Source: a virus (Duplodnaviria; Caudoviricetes). Taken from it: a DNA stretch of 64,000 bases. How positions within the stretch are numbered: position 1 is the stretch's first letter; each line of letters begins with the position of its first letter. The stretch spans positions 14,891 to 78,890 of IMG/VR virus record IMGVR_UViG_3300027751_000009; one strand, 5' to 3'. A model generated the notes under the pieces. The model did no database searches, had not been told where the DNA came from, and saw nothing but the letters and a program-made list of their open reading frames with translations. Of the stretch, positions 39,485-48,914 are shown piece after piece. The position numbers were made by a program, and so were the translations under genes.

Positions 39485-40152
39485 ATAGTGTTTTTTAATA
39501 AGGTTTCTATTTCTGTTTTTTGTTTGTTTACATAGGCTAACATTGTTGTTACTGGATATTTAATCTTTCGTAACTGTTTACCACCATCAGTTAATAAATA
39601 ACGTTGAGGTGTAAAGGTTTTAATAAATAAGGCTGACTTAAATCCTGTTCCACTCATAGGCATAGGAACTACCTTATTGATATAAATTCTACTCCTATCC
39701 CAAAGTATTCTATTCTTTAAAGGAAAGGTTATACTTGAACTTACTTTGCCACCTTTACGTTGTACGCTATTGGTTGGCTTAACGTCTACATATGATACTA
39801 TTGGATAGTCATCATTTTCATCTGTTTGCTCATGTTTATTTTTATGAGCTACAAAAACAGGTCTTCCGAATTGAAATATTTCTGATTCATTTATTTCTTC
39901 ATAAAATAGATATTCAGCTTCTTTATTCCAATATATTTTATAATCATATGAATACTCAATCTTTGGAAATAAAGCAAAAGCTTCTATCTCTTTTTCTTTC
40001 CTTTTAAAGCGTTTGTAACGCCCATATTCTGCTATGGGCGCTACTAAGAACACTTCTGTTTCTCTTTCGAATGATTTTATATAGCCTGAACTTTGCATTT
40101 CTAAAAGCCACCATTCAAAATAGGTTTCTATGCCATTAATTTCCGTCTTCAT
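39481..40152 (-). CDS. PD-(D/E)XK-like nuclease
   Basis: YSYDY...YVDVKP catalytic-like pattern. Confidence 0.45.
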   Translation of the reverse strand: MKTEINGIETYFEWWLLEMQSSGYIKSFERETEVFLVAPIAEYGRYKRFKRKEKEIEAFALFPKIEYSYDYKIYWNKEAEYLFYEEINESEIFQFGRPVFVAHKNKHEQTDENDDYPIVSYVDVKPTNSVQRKGGKVSSSITFPLKNRILWDRSRIYINKVVPMPMSGTGFKSALFIKTFTPQRYLLTDGGKQLRKIKYPVTTMLAYVNKQKTEIETLLKNTI

Positions 40153-41182
40153 TATTCAAGAAGTTTAAGATTTTAAGCATATAATTTCCTAATCCAGCTA
40201 CTGCTGAACTTTTAGCTTTTTCTTCTTTTTCACAAGTAGTAGGTAGTTCTCCTATATATTCTATAAGAGCTTCCATAGCACCTTTAAAGTTCTCTCCAAA
40301 AGTAATATCAGGACCAGGAACTTGTGGTATATCATCGTCAATAACTGGTGCTATCATTTCTTTTATACCATAATTCTCTGTGCTTTCAATTTTCTCCTTT
40401 GCTTTTTCTAATTCAATTTTCTGATGTATATCATCAATCTTTGAATTAATTAATCGCAATGAAGTTGAAATAATACCATTGTATGAGGCTTTTAAGTTCT
40501 CTACTTGGTCTGGTAACAATGTATTAATATGTTCTTCAGGTAAAGAAAATTCAGAGGCTTCAAGTATATGTTTTTCATTATCCAATGCTTTTATAGAATA
40601 ATGGTCTATCTTTTCAATAGTAGCATTTAATATCTCTTGATATTCTCTGCTATACTTTCCAAAAACATTAGAGCGTTCTAAAGCTATCTTTTGTTCTGTC
40701 GTTTCCTCACTAAGCTCTGCTATCTTCGCTGTAGTTGCTGCATTCTTTTTAGCTAATGCTTCTTCTTTCTTTCTTTCTTCCTCATCTATATAAGGCTTAA
40801 ATTCAACGTCTAAATACTTTTCTTGTATTTCCTTAGCTTCCTCTAAGAAAGTCTTCTCTATACGGTCTAAATCCTTTCCTGTGGCAAGTAAAGGTGCTTT
40901 GATTTCTTTCTTAGCCTTACGTGTACTCGCATTAAATGAACGAATAGTAGCTTTCGCATCTTTATACTGCTGAATAGTCTCTGCATTTTCAGCATCGTAT
41001 TTGATAGCTTTAAAGCCATCAATAATAACCATACTCTCCACTAAAGGATTTAGTAGGTTCAATCCACTTACCTTTAAATCTTTGGTAAGTTTGGTTATTA
41101 ACTTCTGTGTAGAAGGTGGTAACTTTTTAAATTCATCTGTATTAATTACAGTGATCATAGTTGGTTCTTCATTTTTGGACAT
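40136..41182 (-). CDS. Coiled-coil protein, DUF1351-like
   Basis: KDAKATIRSFN.STRKAKKEIKAPL...EEERKKEE helical pattern. Confidence 0.4.
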   Translation of the reverse strand: MSKNEEPTMITVINTDEFKKLPPSTQKLITKLTKDLKVSGLNLLNPLVESMVIIDGFKAIKYDAENAETIQQYKDAKATIRSFNASTRKAKKEIKAPLLATGKDLDRIEKTFLEEAKEIQEKYLDVEFKPYIDEEERKKEEALAKKNAATTAKIAELSEETTEQKIALERSNVFGKYSREYQEILNATIEKIDHYSIKALDNEKHILEASEFSLPEEHINTLLPDQVENLKASYNGIISTSLRLINSKIDDIHQKIELEKAKEKIESTENYGIKEMIAPVIDDDIPQVPGPDITFGENFKGAMEALIEYIGELPTTCEKEEKAKSSAVAGLGNYMLKILNFLNNEDGN

Positions 41183-41447
41183 TATATTCTGCTTTTAATA
41201 ATTCCTCTTTTATTGTTTTTAAATCTTTGATATACGTTTCCATTGTTAGCATATTATCTGTATGTAGTTCGTTCATACGTAATCGTATAATCTTTGCTAC
41301 TGCGTTCTCTACTGAATTGTAGTACCCTATAATTTCTGTAATAGGTATGTCTTTATCATTTCTTCTACCTGTGGCAAATTTCAATGTATGATTGTAATTA
41401 TCAACTTCAATGAAATATGAACCAAATTCTTTAGCTGTTATTATCAT
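41169..41447 (-). CDS. Hypothetical protein (DUF5405-like)
   Basis: D.YNHTL...IIGYYNSVENA pattern; weak. Confidence 0.4.
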   Translation of the reverse strand: MIITAKEFGSYFIEVDNYNHTLKFATGRRNDKDIPITEIIGYYNSVENAVAKIIRLRMNELHTDNMLTMETYIKDLKTIKEELLKAEYNVQK

Positions 41448-42304
41448 TTTTGTAGTTTTATCATTTCTAATGTATCGAATGCTAATTGATATTTACTTTT
41501 AAAATAAGTACCTCTGTTCAATCTTAATTTAACAAGGTTCCAAGTTTCTGTAAATCTATCTATACCCTCTGTAAGACCATAGATATCTGTATAGGCTTTA
41601 AGTACAGCTGTATGATAATCAGATACCTTAGTATTTGTTAATAACTCATATACAGTTATCTCACCATAAGACTTTAATCCTCCTATGTTATCAACAGTGT
41701 CACCTAAAAGCATCTGTCTCATTAAAAATACCCAAGCATCTTTTTTAGATATTTCTTTAAATTCACCTTTCTTCATATCGAAATGTGTACCCGGACATTG
41801 CTCTGCATCTTTATCTTCTGACAAGATAAAAGTATCTTCATCTTGTAGCATAGATATTAAATCGTCTGCTTCTAAATCTTTGAATAGAAGTGTTGGATAT
41901 CGTTCCTTAATGTATTTTATAACACTAAACTTATCATCTTCTTGTTTCTCATATAAGAGCTGACTGGTTCTGTTTCCTTTATACTTTTTCTCATAAGCAA
42001 CATTATATCTGTATGTATGCTCTGTAACACCTGAAAAACAAAAGATTAGTCCTTTAGGGTTAAACCAATCCAATAATCTATCTATCTCTTGTTGAGTATA
42101 GGTAGCTATATTGTTAGTGGTCTTATCATAAATTTTAATCTCTTTGCTCTCCATTTCTTTAAGAACTTTATTGATAACTCTATACTTAATAAAATCAGCA
42201 TCTATAAGTCCAATCTTATTAATCATCAAAGGTGTGTGCATTGGTACTATGATATCCATTGTCTGATTTTTACAATTACATAAATTATAAGCATAGGCAA
42301 CCAA
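41444..42304 (-). CDS. 5'-3' exonuclease (T7 gp6/T5 D15/FEN family)
   Basis: IDADF, YKGNR, EADDLI, DKD, GDTVDNIGG motifs. Confidence 0.85.
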   Translation of the reverse strand: MVAYAYNLCNCKNQTMDIIVPMHTPLMINKIGLIDADFIKYRVINKVLKEMESKEIKIYDKTTNNIATYTQQEIDRLLDWFNPKGLIFCFSGVTEHTYRYNVAYEKKYKGNRTSQLLYEKQEDDKFSVIKYIKERYPTLLFKDLEADDLISMLQDEDTFILSEDKDAEQCPGTHFDMKKGEFKEISKKDAWVFLMRQMLLGDTVDNIGGLKSYGEITVYELLTNTKVSDYHTAVLKAYTDIYGLTEGIDRFTETWNLVKLRLNRGTYFKSKYQLAFDTLEMIKLQK

Positions 42305-42450
42305 AATACATAGTCTAATAGTAATGTAATAAAGTTGCTTCTTGAATAGTCCATAAAATGACGTTTACGTAATAAAGGTTCTGTTTCATGATGTATTAAT
42401 ACTCCGATTAATACATAGATTGCTACATATATAATGATATTAATAATCAT
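42247..42450 (-). CDS. Small 2-TM membrane protein
   Basis: Two hydrophobic segments. Confidence 0.5.
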   Translation of the reverse strand: MIINIIIYVAIYVLIGVLIHHETEPLLRKRHFMDYSRSNFITLLLDYVFWLPMLIIYVIVKIRQWIS

Positions 42451-42715
42451 TCGTTACTCGATTTATTTCCTGAATACATTGTATTGTTTTCATTCTTCTT
42501 GTTTTAAATTGATAAGATTTCATCTGTTGGATAATTTGAGGTGGATTATCAGCTTTAATAGTTGGGATAACTGTTTCCCTATTGCTCTCCATATCATTCA
42601 TAATTTTGAAGTAAGCCAATATAGAAATAGACTGATAAACGTTTCTTGCTTTTCTTGAAGTCGCCCATACTCTACCTAAACTACCTAATAGAATTAACCC
42701 TCTTAATATTTGCAT
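42440..42715 (-). CDS. Hypothetical protein
   Basis: Packed operon. Confidence 0.55.
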   Translation of the reverse strand: MQILRGLILLGSLGRVWATSRKARNVYQSISILAYFKIMNDMESNRETVIPTIKADNPPQIIQQMKSYQFKTRRMKTIQCIQEINRVTNDY

Positions 42716-42727
42716 AGAATTGTTGTT

Positions 42728-42797
42728 AAAAATGAAGAGAGGCGGTAAGGAAAATTGCTGTAAACCTTACCCATTGCTCAGGCGAGACCTCTCTTCA
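42728..42797 (-). terminator. Large structured terminator/attenuator-like RNA after ssb
   Basis: 10-bp stem UGAAGAGAGG/CCUCUCUUCA enclosing a 7-bp stem GGUAAGG/CCUUACC and a small CUC-GCCU-GAG hairpin, followed by UUUUU. Confidence 0.55.
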
Positions 42798-42805
42798 AAA
42801 GTTAA

Positions 42806-43750
42806 TTAAAATGGTACATCATCTTCATTTTCATCTACCATATCTAATGTAGGTGCTGAAGAAACAGGAGCTGTTGGTGCTGCTGCTGGTGCTGGTGGTG
42901 TAGCAACTTTAGGTGGCTGAATTATTTCCATCTTACCATGTGCTACTAATAAATCATCTGTCCAATTTGAAGCTATATATTCTTCATATGTGAAATCAGT
43001 TACAAGCATTTGCTTGATAGGTTCTGTTGAAGATACAGGTGCTCTCTGAATAGGTGGAGCTGCTTTAGGTGCTTGTCCTGTACCATTATTAGTAAATTGT
43101 TCTCTTGTAGCAAAAGCACCACCATTATTTGCGTAACGTACTGCTTCCTCACTTTCTTTTATCATTTTTTGAAGATAATCAGGTAGTTTAGTAAACTCTT
43201 CAGTTCTAAAACATTCTCCTTTTTCATCAATCATAAAAGATAATAAATCATTAGTTCTCACTACTGATTCCCAATCAAAATTATAAGTTGTTCTCAACTT
43301 ATCAGTAAGACCTTTAATACTTCCAATGTTATTATAAATAATAGTTGGGTCGTCTTTCTTTGGTCTATTTATGATATCAACAATAAATGTTCTACCTAAA
43401 TATTGACCTATACTCCAACCATTTTTGTATTCGCTTTTAGGTACAATTCTACCTTCTGCTCCATCAATAATCTTGGTCTTTAAGTTTGAGGTTTCCCCTA
43501 ACATAAAAGTGTACTCTTGGCTCACTACTGTTGAGCGTGCTTCTGTATCTCCCTCATTAAATAATTGCTTTAATAAAGGAAATTCAAATATCAATCTCAC
43601 TATACGTGAGCTTTTGTCAAAGTACTTATTGTACTGTGTTCCACAATCAACTATGGAATATAAAATACCAGGATTTGGTCCTGCTTCTAAAACTTGTTTG
43701 TCTAATCTCTTCTTTGAAGAATTAGGTACTATAAAATCATTTGCGTTCAT
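42806..43750 (-). CDS. ssb: Phage single-stranded DNA-binding protein
   Basis: IVDCGTQ...VRLIFEFP OB-fold-type start, Pro/Ala linker, acidic tail DENEDDVPF; replication context. Confidence 0.7.
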   Translation of the reverse strand: MNANDFIVPNSSKKRLDKQVLEAGPNPGILYSIVDCGTQYNKYFDKSSRIVRLIFEFPLLKQLFNEGDTEARSTVVSQEYTFMLGETSNLKTKIIDGAEGRIVPKSEYKNGWSIGQYLGRTFIVDIINRPKKDDPTIIYNNIGSIKGLTDKLRTTYNFDWESVVRTNDLLSFMIDEKGECFRTEEFTKLPDYLQKMIKESEEAVRYANNGGAFATREQFTNNGTGQAPKAAPPIQRAPVSSTEPIKQMLVTDFTYEEYIASNWTDDLLVAHGKMEIIQPPKVATPPAPAAAPTAPVSSAPTLDMVDENEDDVPF

Positions 43751-44085
43751 TTCTGTACTGTTTTTAAATATGAATATAATCGTTTACTTGCATTGAGTCT
43801 AAAACCAATCAATATGGAGAAATAACTATGAATGCGAATTTTGCTCTTTTTTCTTTTGGATATTATTTGTGTGTCTACTTCATATAAGATATTGTTTAAA
43901 TAATTAGTTATTACTGTGTATGCTACTATATAGCTAACATTGTTAGCCTTAGCCGTATCAGTTACGTGCCTAATGAAGTCCTCTTTTAAAAAGACCTCAT
44001 TAGTTAAGTAACTGTAACAATCGGATTGTGAAGTAAATTTTCTGACATTTTTACTTTTGTCTTGTGATAAGTCTTTAATGTACAT
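43747..44085 (-). CDS. Hypothetical protein, possibly divergent HU/IHF-like
   Basis: Two helices then KIRIHSYFSI; adjacent to the HU-like gene. Confidence 0.35.
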   Translation of the reverse strand: MYIKDLSQDKSKNVRKFTSQSDCYSYLTNEVFLKEDFIRHVTDTAKANNVSYIVAYTVITNYLNNILYEVDTQIISKRKKSKIRIHSYFSILIGFRLNASKRLYSYLKTVQK

Positions 44086-44372
44086 TAATAACAGACTTTT
44101 TCTGATAAGAATTTCTTCAGCTTTTTAGGTACTCTAAAGTATATGTAGTATTTCTTTGGTGATGTAACCATTACATCTTTCTGAAAGTTTAAATACTTTT
44201 TCTTCTGTCTTACTTTTATTAGAATAGTACCTAACTCTCTAAATGTAATATGAGTACCAAACTTTATCTTTTCTAACATACTGTTTTCCACAAATGCTAA
44301 AATATCTTTGCTTTGTTTAAGAGAAAGACCAAACTTTTCTGATACTTCTCTATTAAATTCTTTAAAATGCAT
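44085..44372 (-). CDS. HU/IHF-family DNA-binding protein
   Basis: Likely start MHFKEF; ITFRELGTILIKVRQKKKYLNFQ....YFRVPKKLK matches the HU arm. Confidence 0.75.
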   Translation of the reverse strand: MHFKEFNREVSEKFGLSLKQSKDILAFVENSMLEKIKFGTHITFRELGTILIKVRQKKKYLNFQKDVMVTSPKKYYIYFRVPKKLKKFLSEKVCY

Positions 44373-44394
44373 ATCTGATTTTTTAACAAATATA

Positions 44395-44431
44395 AACAAA
44401 AAATAGAAACAACACCATAGTAGTGTTGTTT
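44395..44431 (-). terminator. Intrinsic terminator-like hairpin after dnaB
   Basis: AAACAACAC-N7-GUGUUGUUU followed by CUAUUUUUU on the - strand. Confidence 0.5.
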
Positions 44432-44540
44432 TAATAAAAAAAAACAACTACCTTTGGCTCGAAGTTCTACAAAATGTGAGATAATCACTACTTCATTAGA
44501 TATATAAAGAGAGGCTATTTGGATATTAAGCCTCTCTTTT

Positions 44541-45905
44541 TTATTCATACTTACCACTAAAATTATAACTATTAATAGTCATATTAATAGGATTAATAAA
44601 CAAGTGAATAGTAGTAGTTCCAATATCTCTCCCCTTACCTATAATAAACTCCGTATGGAACAGTTCAGAGAAACCAGGTGTTTGTCCTTTCTGTTCATCA
44701 TAATAAGCTTCTCTATATAAGAATGCTACAATATCAGCATCTTCTTCTATACTACTTGACTCTTTTAAATCTGATAGTTTAGGTCTTTTATTCTCTCTGT
44801 TCTCTACTGCTCTACTTAATTGAGATAAAGCAACAAAAGCAACATAAAGCTCTTTAGCTATAGATTTCAACTCTCTTGTAATAATAGTCACTAATACTCT
44901 TAGTTCCATCTTATCAACACTACCAGTTCTTTGTATGTAATCTAAAAAGAATAGCTTAGTATTAAACTTAGCTACATATTCTTTAGACTTTCGTACTATG
45001 TCCTCAATAGTTCTGATTTTATCATCAATAACAAGATTTGATTGCTCTATATACCTATCAGCTTGTATTACTTTCATCAATTCATCATTAGACAGTTCCC
45101 CTTTTTTTATTCTTTTGTATTCAATACCAGTGATCAGTCCAATCAATTTAGATTTCAACTGATTACGTGCCATTTCTAATGAAAAGAATACTACGTGATT
45201 ACCTTCCATTGCAGAGTTCCAAGCTGATATTAAAGCATAGGTAGTTTTACCCATACCTGGTCTTGCTGCTATGATAACTAATTCGCCTAAAGAATAACCG
45301 CCTGTAAATGAATCAATAGCATCTACAGAGGTAGTAATACCTGTAGACTTACCTTCTGATTTATTTTTAACCTTATTACGTATTTCAGTTTCGTAATCAT
45401 TTTCTTGTTGCGTAGTAATATTAACAGTTAACCTATTATAAAGTTTATTATAGGCACTAATAATATTATCTCCAACTTGAAGTACATCTCGATTGTTCCA
45501 ATTCCCATAAAGCACATCGTAGGCTTTATGGTTCCAGAAATCAAATAACACATATTGTTTAAGCATCATTATGTGATGCTCTAATAGTACGTGAGAGTTA
45601 ATTCCTTTTTGTAGAATATCAATAACTTCATACTCAAAAGTCTTTGCATTATTAAATCTAAACTTATCAGGTCTAAATTGACAAATAGTAACTACTGTTG
45701 GTATAATGCCATTTTCATAACATTCTAATACTGCTTTAAAAATAAATTGGTGAGTAAAAGAATGAAAGTCTAATATAGTAAGGTTGTGTTTTAGAACAAG
45801 TTCTTTAACACCACTCTTATTATCGGCTCCTATAATACTTGCCAATACTTGTATCTCAATATTTATCCTATGATAGACATCATAATTTTTCTCTGTTTTT
45901 TCCAT
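44541..45905 (-). CDS. dnaB: Replicative DnaB-like helicase
   Basis: IIAARPGMGKT Walker A, FFSLEM, FLDYIQ, ALSQLSRAVENRENKRPKLSDLKESSSIEEDAD. Confidence 0.95.
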   Translation of the reverse strand: MEKTEKNYDVYHRINIEIQVLASIIGADNKSGVKELVLKHNLTILDFHSFTHQFIFKAVLECYENGIIPTVVTICQFRPDKFRFNNAKTFEYEVIDILQKGINSHVLLEHHIMMLKQYVLFDFWNHKAYDVLYGNWNNRDVLQVGDNIISAYNKLYNRLTVNITTQQENDYETEIRNKVKNKSEGKSTGITTSVDAIDSFTGGYSLGELVIIAARPGMGKTTYALISAWNSAMEGNHVVFFSLEMARNQLKSKLIGLITGIEYKRIKKGELSNDELMKVIQADRYIEQSNLVIDDKIRTIEDIVRKSKEYVAKFNTKLFFLDYIQRTGSVDKMELRVLVTIITRELKSIAKELYVAFVALSQLSRAVENRENKRPKLSDLKESSSIEEDADIVAFLYREAYYDEQKGQTPGFSELFHTEFIIGKGRDIGTTTIHLFINPINMTINSYNFSGKYE

Positions 45906-45908
45906 AAT

Positions 45909-47243
45909 CTATGCTGATTTTAATTTGACTTCTTTTTGCTTTGCTATCTTCTTGATAGTTCTAAGGTTCTTTGTAAGAGTAGCTATAATAGGTTTATTAT
46001 ACCTTGATGCTTTATTGCCTAAACCTCTGGATTGAACTATGGTAAAATTCTCTAATGAAACTTCTATAGTTTCTTTAGGTTTTCCTTTATAGTAACCACA
46101 AAGTAATAGTGCATCTTCTTCTCTATGATATCCATTAGTATGAATACAATGCTTAAAAAGATTACCTAATTTCTCTACTTCATCTACAGTTTTTATAACT
46201 GTGATCATTACATCTCCATTTTTAAATTCAAGTTCTTTCCATCGTTCCATACGTTTACTATACCACTCTTTATCTTTACGTAATTTTTCAAGCTCTGCTT
46301 GTTTACGTTCTTCATCTTTCATTCTTCTTATAGCTTCATATTGCTTTTGTTTTTTCTTGACATAGACATTATGAGCTTCTTTAAAGTTCTCTGGACAAAC
46401 ATATTTAGGACTTCTTAAATCTTTACCAAATTCTTCTAAAAGCTTTAAGTAATCTAAATAATTTTCCATTTTCTTTATCTTATATTTATTTCTAAATACT
46501 ATCTTAAATGAAGACCAATATTTCTGTATCTGCTCTCTTCTGTAGCTATAACAACAAGTTTGAAAGCCATCTACATATCCAAGTTTTAGCAATGTTTCAG
46601 CTATTGGAAAAGTAAGCAATAACCAGAACGTAGTAAACGGTGTAATATTATCATCGTATTTTTCAAGACCATTTCTTTTAATGATAGGTAGATATTTAAT
46701 ACGTGGATAAGTATAGTTTACATGTTGGTCGTGTGCATTGATAGACTTGTTATTCTTTAGAGAGAACTCTCCAAAAAATCTACTACCATACCAACCAGCC
46801 ATTCTACCATAACCAATGATAGCGTGTTTACCTTGTTCGTTAAGATATATTCTTGAATTTTCAAAAATCCAATAAACACCTTTCTCTTTCGTTTTGTAGG
46901 TACATCGTATTTCAAATAGTCTGATAACTTGATACTCTTTGAAAGTTGTTATTATTCTGAACTCTCTTGTTTCTCCGTATGTTCTATGTTGCGTTGAAAC
47001 TATTTTTAGTTTATGCTTACAGTTAGGACAGTTATCACCCATTACTTCATCTTGCCAACCTTGTGTAGTATGAACTTTATATACGTGACCACAATGTAGA
47101 CAATGGATATTTCCTGACTTATTACGGAAAGCAACAAAGCTATGTGCGTTCTCTCTGGCCCACTTCATTTGGGTTTGAGTTATCTTTGGTAGCTTTTTAT
47201 CTAAAGCCACTATCTCTCTCTGAAATTTAGTCTTTGCTTGCAT
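45909..47243 (-). CDS. PcfJ-like protein
   Basis: CLHCG/CPNC zinc ribbon; DYLKLLEEFGKDL...P..F...H..; C-terminal HCI...Y...ETIEV..QSRG..N; next to a PcfK-like gene. Confidence 0.85.
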   Translation of the reverse strand: MQAKTKFQREIVALDKKLPKITQTQMKWARENAHSFVAFRNKSGNIHCLHCGHVYKVHTTQGWQDEVMGDNCPNCKHKLKIVSTQHRTYGETREFRIITTFKEYQVIRLFEIRCTYKTKEKGVYWIFENSRIYLNEQGKHAIIGYGRMAGWYGSRFFGEFSLKNNKSINAHDQHVNYTYPRIKYLPIIKRNGLEKYDDNITPFTTFWLLLTFPIAETLLKLGYVDGFQTCCYSYRREQIQKYWSSFKIVFRNKYKIKKMENYLDYLKLLEEFGKDLRSPKYVCPENFKEAHNVYVKKKQKQYEAIRRMKDEERKQAELEKLRKDKEWYSKRMERWKELEFKNGDVMITVIKTVDEVEKLGNLFKHCIHTNGYHREEDALLLCGYYKGKPKETIEVSLENFTIVQSRGLGNKASRYNKPIIATLTKNLRTIKKIAKQKEVKLKSA

Positions 47244-47653
47244 TAGAATAAAGTAGGTTCGTTATCACTTGATAATGTTGAGGTTTTAGGTGCCTCTGGT
47301 TTCTTTAACATTTTATTTCGTTCTTGTTGTATAAGACTGTCGATAGCTTTCTGTTTAGCTTCAGCTTTTTCTTCTTCTGTAAGAACTACTGTGTGATTAA
47401 CAACAACACTACCATTAAATGCACCACCTATTTCAATATTATCTTCATCGTAATAATGATAAGCCATATTGAATATCTCACTATCTTCAAATCCATTACA
47501 TCCACTTTTCTGAACTTGATTTAGAATATAGGTAATACAATCATCTATATTCTTTTCTTCATTTTGAAATCTAACCTCAAAGAAAGGATCTTCGGATGCT
47601 CTTTCATTTAAGTCTTTTAGAATTGCTTCCTTAAACGCTTTCGTTGTTTTCAT
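47243..47653 (-). CDS. acrIIA9: PcfK-like / anti-CRISPR AcrIIA9-family protein
   Basis: KNIDDCITYILNQVQKSGCNGF.D.EI...AYHYYDEDNIEIG....VVVNH.V.LTEEEKAEA closely matches the AcrIIA9/PcfK sequence as I recall it. Confidence 0.8.
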   Translation of the reverse strand: MKTTKAFKEAILKDLNERASEDPFFEVRFQNEEKNIDDCITYILNQVQKSGCNGFEDSEIFNMAYHYYDEDNIEIGGAFNGSVVVNHTVVLTEEEKAEAKQKAIDSLIQQERNKMLKKPEAPKTSTLSSDNEPTLF

Positions 47654-47861
47654 CTTCTATATCTTCTATTGAATTATAATCTTCTATGTCTGTCATTTCA
47701 TAGTACTTGCTAAATTCTTTAGCAAAAGTTCTTGATAATTTGTTCCTGTTTACTTGGTCTGCTTTTTTAATAGCATATCCAATTTGTCTGAAAAAACCAC
47801 CACCGTACTTAATCATATTGTTAGCAATATAGTGGTACTCTATCGGTTCCCAATGTTTCAT
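47631..47861 (-). CDS. Hypothetical protein
   Basis: YGGGFFRQIG.A...AD..NR.KL...F motif seen in small phage proteins. Confidence 0.6.
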   Translation of the reverse strand: MKHWEPIEYHYIANNMIKYGGGFFRQIGYAIKKADQVNRNKLSRTFAKEFSKYYEMTDIEDYNSIEDIEDENNESV

Positions 47862-48073
47862 ATCAATTGACAGCTCTTAACTGTTTTTGTTTTACATACG
47901 TGACAATAACCTTTATCTTGGTCAGGTTCATATTGATAGACAGCATTACAGCCATCATTCATACATATACCAGGAACAATACTTCTCAACATTGTTTCCA
48001 TTAATAGTTCATCAATAGTTCTATAGCCTTGCTCTCTGGCTATCATTTGTAATTTACTCATTGTTTTGCTCAT
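47858..48073 (-). CDS. Small Zn-binding protein
   Basis: CMNDGC...EPDQDKGYCHVC. Confidence 0.6.
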   Translation of the reverse strand: MSKTMSKLQMIAREQGYRTIDELLMETMLRSIVPGICMNDGCNAVYQYEPDQDKGYCHVCKTKTVKSCQLI

Positions 48074-48229
48074 AACTTTTCATTTAAAAATTCACATATT
48101 ACTCCTGCTACAATATCGTGTCTATGCGATATTGGTGCTATATAGACTTTCCATATAGGTTTCTTCGGGTCACTACTGATATTCTTTTCTACAACATCAG
48201 CTGACCATTCACGTTTTTGAACTCTATAC

Positions 48230-48424
48230 CTATTCATTTGTAAGTTGATATTCTTCTATGTTTCCTGAAATAACATTTTCAACTAAACATTCAATTAATA
48301 GTTGTGTAGGTTCGTAATCATAACAAGCTATTCCTATATCTTCCAATAGAGCTTCTATTTCCCATCTATCTAATTTACGTGCAATATCACATATACGTTG
48401 CATTTCTATTTCTTCTGTTGTCAT
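48230..48424 (-). CDS. Hypothetical acidic protein
   Basis: Packed operon. Confidence 0.55.
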   Translation of the reverse strand: MTTEEIEMQRICDIARKLDRWEIEALLEDIGIACYDYEPTQLLIECLVENVISGNIEEYQLTNE

Positions 48425-48591
48425 AATCTATATTTTACTTTAGCTATTATTTTATTATACATTTCATCTTTATTTTCTCCAGGTTCATTTTCGAAATATT
48501 CTTCTACTAATGAATTAGCATGTTCTTTTAATGAAGAGATTACCCATTCTGATAATTTTTGGGTTACTAAATCTTTTACTGCTTCTGTCAT
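48421..48591 (-). CDS. 56-aa hypothetical protein (not in the ORF track)
   Basis: MTEAVKDLVTQKLSEW...KVKYRL*; ATGA overlaps at both ends. Confidence 0.6.
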   Translation of the reverse strand: MTEAVKDLVTQKLSEWVISSLKEHANSLVEEYFENEPGENKDEMYNKIIAKVKYRL

Positions 48592-48899
48592 AGTTTTAAG
48601 GATTTGATTGCTGTTAGTTTTGTTTTGTCAAACCAATGATCGCCCGGCTTACCTTTGTTATCTTGAAAGACTGATATCTTTAAAACGATATCATCTACAG
48701 AATATTTGAATATCCATACATTAATATTCTTGTATATACCTGCTCTTTTAGTAATAACAGTTTGTAAAAAATCGTGAGAATTTGATTTTGAACTCCCTAC
48801 TTTGATTTTGATTTCTCCTGTTTGTTTGAAACCAAATGATTTGTCTGATTTGTATTTACATGCTGTAACATCAAGCCAGATTGGATAACTTCTGCTCAT
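48588..48899 (-). CDS. Hypothetical protein
   Basis: MSRSYPIW.DVTACKY start; packed operon. Confidence 0.6.
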   Translation of the reverse strand: MSRSYPIWLDVTACKYKSDKSFGFKQTGEIKIKVGSSKSNSHDFLQTVITKRAGIYKNINVWIFKYSVDDIVLKISVFQDNKGKPGDHWFDKTKLTAIKSLKL

Positions 48900-48914
48900 A
48901 ATATTTATTGTGTT

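Noticed and set aside
44297-44557. 86-aa - strand ORF bridging dnaB and the HU gene
   Set aside because: It overlaps both neighbours and runs through an A/T-tract hairpin region; kept only as a possible leader peptide.
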